A program made the translations under genes and the position numbers. From Promethearchaeota archaeon (GTDB lineage: Archaea; Asgardarchaeota; Lokiarchaeia; Sigyniarchaeales; SOKP01), in assembly GCA_019894975.1 (NCBI GenBank), contig JAGXNO010000072.1, positions 1 to 12,808 of the forward strand: 12,808 nucleotides of DNA, in the 5' to 3' direction. The notes below the pieces were generated by a model. The model was not told the origin of the DNA. It saw nothing but the letters and a program-made list of their open reading frames with translations, and searched no databases. Below are positions 7,818-12,808 of this stretch, one piece after another. Position 1 is the first letter of the stretch; each line of letters opens with the position of its first letter.

Positions 7818-8099
7818 ATGTTTTGCCAAAATTGTGGTTCTGAAATCGACCAAAATTATCAGATTTGTCCCTATTGCGGGCAAAACAATAGGAGTTCTGA
7901 TATTAGAGATGATAAAGATATTAAGATACAAGAATTAGAACAAAAAGTTGCAGAATTAGAGCAAGCCATTAAGGAAGGATCGAAATCAATGGATAAAAAA
8001 TGGCCTTTTAATCTATTTCAACCTTGGTTCTTCATTTTTCCTCTTGTTTTTGTTGTATTGTTTTTTGTGTTGTTTATGGTTTTAATAAGCATTAGATAG
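7818..8099 (+). CDS. Small membrane protein: zinc ribbon, coiled coil, C-terminal TM helix
   Basis: CQNC-x10-CPYC at the N-terminus. Heptad-like KIQELEQKVAELEQAIK. Phe/Val/Leu-rich TM segment ending 'ISIR'. Confidence 0.85.
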   Translation: MFCQNCGSEIDQNYQICPYCGQNNRSSDIRDDKDIKIQELEQKVAELEQAIKEGSKSMDKKWPFNLFQPWFFIFPLVFVVLFFVLFMVLISIR

Positions 8100-8204
8100 A
8101 TTTGATTTCCTTAGTGCAAATTTAGTGATTTTGTTTTTAAAATTTGAATAAAGTTACAAAAGTGTTAAATTGAGGAATATCTTTTTTTTATTTACCAAAT
8201 TAAT

Positions 8205-11200
8205 TTGGTGAAATCTAAAATGAAATTCAATGAATACTTTAAATTAAAAACTAAAGGAAAAACTGTAATTCTAATTGTGTTAATAGCATTGTCGTTGGTG
8301 GGAATAATCAGTATAAAAGGTAATATCCTTCAAGCAAGCCTCGAAGACGAAGAAATTGAAACAAGTGCACCCCCAGTTATTGAGTATAAATACGATTATG
8401 AAAATGATTTTAATTACTACGACCACGCCACATATTCAGCCTTGGATGCAACAGTAACAGGAGACATTACAGAATGGAGCCAAAATCCAGACGACGGGAA
8501 TAGACTGCAATTACATTATCTTGGTTGGTTTGCTGGAGGTCTATTCGGAGGTGCTCCTTTTGATATGGACGGAGGTCTTTATGTTGAATCGGTTGGTGAA
8601 TTCAAAAAACAGGGTGATCTTTCTTTAGGTGCTTATGTTGACTGGCAAATTGATATTGATCTTACCTCAATGATTGCCATGGATCTTGACTCTATCCTTA
8701 TTACATTGAACATTCTTGGTCCTTCGACTTTTAAACAGATGATATCAATTTATGATATGAGCCCCCAAGAGGGGAGATTTTATATCCCCGCTTTTGACAA
8801 TTATATATTTGAAGATGGAAAAATAAGATTTGAATTGAGAGGTCGTGCTTATGGACAAGTCGCTACTTTTCACCAGCTAGGAGGGATTAGTCTAACCTTA
8901 AGTTTTGATGGGTTACGAGTTATTCAGGAAATAAAACCTAAAGAACAACCAGTTGAGAAAAGAACATTAATAATTGTTCATGGATTTGGATTTACCCCAT
9001 GTTCTCCAGTAGAGTGGGACACTTTTCTTACACCAGATATTCTTGAAGCCTATGACACTATTATTGTAATAAACTATATCAACTTGTTTTATGGATATAT
9101 ATATTCGAAGAGTGATAATACTTGGTCGATTTTTAATATGAATATAGTTATTATTCCTGCTGTAACCTCTATTGCATTTATTGCTTTGGTACTTAAGGAT
9201 TTTATAAAACTAAATTATATGCATATTGGAGACAAAGTGGATTTTCTCTGCCATTCAATGGGGGGTTTAGTTACAAGGTGGATGATAAAATTTTATTATG
9301 GAGAGATACAGGCTCATTATAGTGATCATGGAAAAGTTTTCGACATTGAAAATGTATGTATGATTGCAACACCCAATCATGGAGTCTGGCTTGCCGCGAT
9401 ATTAAGTTTATTTATACCTCCCTTTCCTGCTCAAATCTTGGAAATGATAGGAGTTCCACCTTCACCCTTCCTTTTCATACTTAATGCTTTTGATGAGACA
9501 CCCTATCAACCAGATATCAGTTGGTACACATATAGAAGTGGATTTCTTATAGTGGGGCTTTTACGGGTGGATGGATTGGTGGATGAAGTTTCTGCACAAC
9601 TTAATGGTGCAGTTAATAGAGGAAGTTTTAATGGATTTGACCATGAAGCCCTGAGACATAGTGACATGGTTAAGACAATTATATACAATGATATTTTCAA
9701 ACCTCCTGATATAATTCAAGAAATCTTTGCTACGGGAATACCAGGGAAAATTATCAGAGTTGAAGATCTTATTCTTGAACCGAACGATGCAGTACCTGGA
9801 GGAAAAACACTGTTATCTATTACACTGGTTACAGAAGATGTGGAAGATATTGAGAAAACAACTGTTGAAGTAGATATAAACCCAATTTATCCTATGCCGT
9901 TAAAACCGGGTACAACAGGTACTTATGAAGTAGAATTGCCATTAGAGGATGGAGATTATTCCTTTTTAATGACTGCAGATGAACATGATGGAGGGACATA
10001 TCAAATTAGTGGAAGCTTGAGAATTGTAGATGATGATGCACAAGCACCTCAAATTCAAATAGAACCCGATGTATTATTCATATCTGATGAAGAAGCTGAA
10101 GGAGGAGTAGAGGTGTTATGGGAGATTTCAGATTATAGTGATATATCTGAGGCAACTGTAACATTAAATGGGGAAGAAATTGCTACTTATGAGGATGAAA
10201 GCCTTATATCTGATTCATATCTAATCCCAAATACTCTTGGAACATACACATTTTCAGTTTCCGCAAGAGATGCTGACGACGATCCTGGACATGATCCCCC
10301 AGGAGGAGATTGGTTAGAAGATACAATCATGAGAACCTATACGATTTATGACGATGATATAAACCCTCCTGAAATCTCAATTTCTCCGGGAGATTTGTTT
10401 ATTTCCGATGGAGAAACCGTAGGAGGAATAGATGTTTCATGGGATATTTCCGATTATAGTGGTCTTTCTGGAGCTATTGTAGAGTTAAATGGTATTCAGA
10501 TTGCATCCTACGGTCCAACTGAAGGCTCTATACAAGATTCATACCATTTATCAAATGAACCGGGAGTTTATACTTTTGAAATTTGGGCTAGAGATGGTGA
10601 TAACGATCTTAGACATGATCCCCTAGAACAAGATTGGTTGGATAATTCTTTACAAAGAACTGTTACAATCTATGATGATGATACAACTGGACCTGAAATT
10701 GGTATTATTATAATTGATCGTTATTGGGAGGGTGATAAGCTTTGCCTTGATTTTAATGTAACTGTCACAGATCCTGAGAGTGGGTTTGGTTCTGTAGATA
10801 TTAACATAGGATCATATAATGCGGATTACCGTGGTCGTCATTATGCCGTTCTTGATCCTGGACATTACGATCTGCAAATATTTGCTTCAAACGGAGATAA
10901 TGATCGTCTTTCTGATACAGAAACATCATTTTTGAGCGAACCAATAGACTTAATGCCCTTAGTAACAACTGTATCTTTTGGTACTCCACATCTCCTTTTA
11001 CATGATAATCATCATATAACTTCAGATACAGAAATTATTTTCTCTGTTGATGCTGTTTCCGAATTAGACTCCACATTCTATAAGATATCAAACGATATAT
11101 ATCCTGGTGAATGGACTCCATATTCAGCGCCATTATATCTTGATTTAGATGATGGGACTTACACACTCGAATACTATAGCGTTGACATGGAAGGAATCAC

Positions 11201-11888
11201 AGAAAAGATTAAATCTGTACCCCTCGTACTCGATAATTTTGCTCCTGGTATTGATATAATCACACCTTCACCAGGAGTTGCTTTGCAAGATGGTGTAACC
11301 TTTACCATGGAAGTGACCGATTTAACTGGTGTTGAATGGGTATCTATTTCAATAAGGGAACCAGGTGGGCCCAATGGAATAATAATTGATCCTGCTTTTG
11401 AAGGGCTACTTGCTACAAACGTAGGTGGTGATCTATGGCAATATGATTTTGACACTACATTCTTACCAGACGGATTCTATATCCTTTTTGTAGAGACGGT
11501 TGATCATTTCGGTTTTTATAGATGTAAAACTGTTCAATTTGCGATTAGAAATTGGGCTGTCTTAGAATTATTACCCTCAACAGAAAGAAATAGAGCAGGT
11601 CGTACTATGCCTGTTAAATTTTCTCTTAGGGTAGTAGAAGCTGTTGATCCTGCTATGCCATTCGTGTGGAATGAAGAGCTAGATATAGTAATATATGACC
11701 AAAGCAAACCCTCAGTAATTCTACAACATTCAAACTATGGGGATACTTCAAGAGATTATCGGATTAGTGCTGAAGGTGAACTTTATATTACCAATTTTAA
11801 AACATCAAAAAAACCGGCGGTTTATGTTGTCGAAATTTGGAGAAAAGACATGCCAATAGGGTCGTTTGGATTTGAGACTTATCGCTAA
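8205..11888 (+). CDS. Large exported multidomain alpha/beta-hydrolase (lipase/esterase-like) with acidic Ig-like repeats and a C-terminal PxKF-like domain
   Basis: N-terminal basic plus hydrophobic signal/anchor. Oxyanion motif 'IIVHGF' (His codon 8979), nucleophile 'CHSMGG' (Ser codon 9255), 'ATPNHG', 'DGLV' (Asp 9570), 'DHEAL' (His 9642). Repeats follow, then 'GTYTLEYYSVD' Ig-like and 'AGRTMPVKFSL'. The start is uncertain: TTG 8205, GTG 8208 or ATG 8220. Confidence 0.88.
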   Translation: MVKSKMKFNEYFKLKTKGKTVILIVLIALSLVGIISIKGNILQASLEDEEIETSAPPVIEYKYDYENDFNYYDHATYSALDATVTGDITEWSQNPDDGNRLQLHYLGWFAGGLFGGAPFDMDGGLYVESVGEFKKQGDLSLGAYVDWQIDIDLTSMIAMDLDSILITLNILGPSTFKQMISIYDMSPQEGRFYIPAFDNYIFEDGKIRFELRGRAYGQVATFHQLGGISLTLSFDGLRVIQEIKPKEQPVEKRTLIIVHGFGFTPCSPVEWDTFLTPDILEAYDTIIVINYINLFYGYIYSKSDNTWSIFNMNIVIIPAVTSIAFIALVLKDFIKLNYMHIGDKVDFLCHSMGGLVTRWMIKFYYGEIQAHYSDHGKVFDIENVCMIATPNHGVWLAAILSLFIPPFPAQILEMIGVPPSPFLFILNAFDETPYQPDISWYTYRSGFLIVGLLRVDGLVDEVSAQLNGAVNRGSFNGFDHEALRHSDMVKTIIYNDIFKPPDIIQEIFATGIPGKIIRVEDLILEPNDAVPGGKTLLSITLVTEDVEDIEKTTVEVDINPIYPMPLKPGTTGTYEVELPLEDGDYSFLMTADEHDGGTYQISGSLRIVDDDAQAPQIQIEPDVLFISDEEAEGGVEVLWEISDYSDISEATVTLNGEEIATYEDESLISDSYLIPNTLGTYTFSVSARDADDDPGHDPPGGDWLEDTIMRTYTIYDDDINPPEISISPGDLFISDGETVGGIDVSWDISDYSGLSGAIVELNGIQIASYGPTEGSIQDSYHLSNEPGVYTFEIWARDGDNDLRHDPLEQDWLDNSLQRTVTIYDDDTTGPEIGIIIIDRYWEGDKLCLDFNVTVTDPESGFGSVDINIGSYNADYRGRHYAVLDPGHYDLQIFASNGDNDRLSDTETSFLSEPIDLMPLVTTVSFGTPHLLLHDNHHITSDTEIIFSVDAVSELDSTFYKISNDIYPGEWTPYSAPLYLDLDDGTYTLEYYSVDMEGITEKIKSVPLVLDNFAPGIDIITPSPGVALQDGVTFTMEVTDLTGVEWVSISIREPGGPNGIIIDPAFEGLLATNVGGDLWQYDFDTTFLPDGFYILFVETVDHFGFYRCKTVQFAIRNWAVLELLPSTERNRAGRTMPVKFSLRVVEAVDPAMPFVWNEELDIVIYDQSKPSVILQHSNYGDTSRDYRISAEGELYITNFKTSKKPAVYVVEIWRKDMPIGSFGFETYR
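10029..10960 (+). repeat. Two close and one degenerate acidic Ig-like repeats of about 107 aa
   Basis: Units begin DDDxxxP at 10029, 10350 and 10674. Units 1 and 2 share 'LFISD.E..GG..V.W.ISDYS..S.A.V.LNG..IA.Y...I.DSY...N..G.YTF...ARD.D.D..HDP...DWL.....RT.TIY'. Unit 3 keeps 'GHYDLQIFASNGDNDR'. Its end is approximate. Confidence 0.85.
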
Positions 11889-11921
11889 AATTACTAAACC
11901 AATCGTTTAATTATTAATATC

Positions 11922-11932
11922 TTTTTTTTTTT
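11922..11932 (+). terminator. Oligo-T terminator of the hydrolase gene
   Basis: T11 run 33 nt after the stop, with further T-runs downstream. Confidence 0.55.
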
Positions 11933-12057
11933 AAACTTGAATTTAATGATTAACTAACCTTATTTTTTTATGTATAAAATCTAAATTGTTTTTTTAAAAC
12001 CTAAAATTAAAAATTGATTGTGAGTTTTAATTGTAAATACAGCACAAGGAAAGAATT

Positions 12058-12808
12058 ATGAAATTATTGTACGTAACAGACATACATGGGATTGAGTGGA
12101 AACATAATGAAATTTTCAAGATTGCCTCATCATTAAAACCGGATGTAGTCATTAATGGGGGGGATATGCTTACTTTTAAAGGCAATCTAATGCATCAAGA
12201 TAAGTTCATTACTGATTTTCTCGATGAGTATTTTTCGAGATTTGAAGCAATGAAGATTTACTATTTGGGTATGCTAGGAAACGATGATTTGAAAATATTT
12301 GATGATTTATTTCAGGAAACATGCGATAAGTATTCCTATGTATCAAATATGGCTCAAAAAAAATTCCAAATTGAAGGGAGTGAATATGAATTTATCGGTA
12401 TGAATTGGATTCCGGACTTACCTTTTGGATTAAAAGACAGAGCCCGAAAAGACTCTAAAGATTTTGATTTACCTAAGCAAGTTGGAAAACAATACCTTTC
12501 TACTCCAAATGAAATGAGTAAAATTGAGAATTGGCTTACATATGTTGAAAACCTTCCTACAATCGAAGTTGAGCTTAGAAATCTGGTAAAGCCTTCTGAT
12601 ATGAGCAATACAATATATGTTTTTCATAGTCCCCCTTCTAATTTAGGCCTAGATGTTACTTTTACTGGTTTAAAAGTAGGCTCAAAAGCAGAATATAATT
12701 TTCTTAAAAGAAATCAACCAAAACTCTCATTTCATGGTCACATTCATGAATCTCCTGAAGTTTCGGGCAAATGGTATTCTCAAGTGGGTAAAACAATATG
12801 TATTCAAC
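12058..12808 (+). CDS. Calcineurin-like metallophosphoesterase (Icc-related), 3'-truncated and absent from the supplied ORF track
   Basis: Manual translation from ATG 12058 is open to the window edge (250 codons): MKLLYVTDIHG...VINGGDML...MLGNDD...VFHSPP...VGSKA...LSFHGHIHES. All five metallophosphoesterase motifs are present. An SD-like AAGGA lies at 12046-12050. Confidence 0.93.
   Translation, partial: MKLLYVTDIHGIEWKHNEIFKIASSLKPDVVINGGDMLTFKGNLMHQDKFITDFLDEYFSRFEAMKIYYLGMLGNDDLKIFDDLFQETCDKYSYVSNMAQKKFQIEGSEYEFIGMNWIPDLPFGLKDRARKDSKDFDLPKQVGKQYLSTPNEMSKIENWLTYVENLPTIEVELRNLVKPSDMSNTIYVFHSPPSNLGLDVTFTGLKVGSKAEYNFLKRNQPKLSFHGHIHESPEVSGKWYSQVGKTICIQ

Noticed and set aside
1-11888. None of the nine visible stop codons is TGA (possible recoding or selenocysteine)
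   Set aside because: The sample is small and TAA/TAG bias is expected in AT-rich DNA. No gene needs TGA readthrough, and I could not identify a SECIS-like element.
11889-12057. AT-only inverted repeats in the last intergenic gap (possible ncRNA or MITE)
   Set aside because: The stems are made only of A/T runs, as expected at this composition. No tRNA-like fold or transposon ends are visible.
9506-12608. Antisense ORFs 9506-9700, 10801-10989, 11174-11455 and 12354-12608
   Set aside because: Shadows of the hydrolase and metallophosphoesterase genes.
1-12808. CRISPR array, diversity-generating retroelement or IS/provirus as the source of the repeats
   Set aside because: All long repeats are in-frame, diverged protein-domain duplications with no adenine-specific mismatch pattern apparent. 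No reverse transcriptase, transposase, integrase or cas gene is present.

Overview
AT-rich window, most likely from an Asgard archaeon (Lokiarchaeia-like). The evidence is two surface proteins ending in a Loki-CTERM-like sorting tail (IPxxN, hydrophobic helix, Lys-rich end), oligo-T tracts just after genes, and NosD/CASH beta-helix and SBBP propeller surface proteins. It holds ten credible CDSs: a 5'-truncated acyl-CoA dehydrogenase; an 877-aa surface protein (two beta-helix modules plus two Ig-like domains); a TfoX_N-type protein; an Aha1-C-like SRPBCC protein; a 7-bladed beta-propeller surface protein; a membrane-embedded M28 peptidase; a NYN/LabA PIN-fold nuclease; a small zinc-ribbon/coiled-coil/TM protein; a 1227-aa exported alpha/beta-hydrolase with acidic Ig-like repeats and a PxKF-like end; and a 3'-truncated metallophosphoesterase that the ORF track missed. 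I found no RNA genes, CRISPR arrays or mobile elements. I cannot demonstrate a new multi-gene system. The best leads are the giant exported hydrolase, which is almost free of N-glycosylation sequons, the Loki-CTERM cluster around a membrane peptidase, and the standalone Aha1-like domain. All family assignments come from motif recognition, not from database searches.
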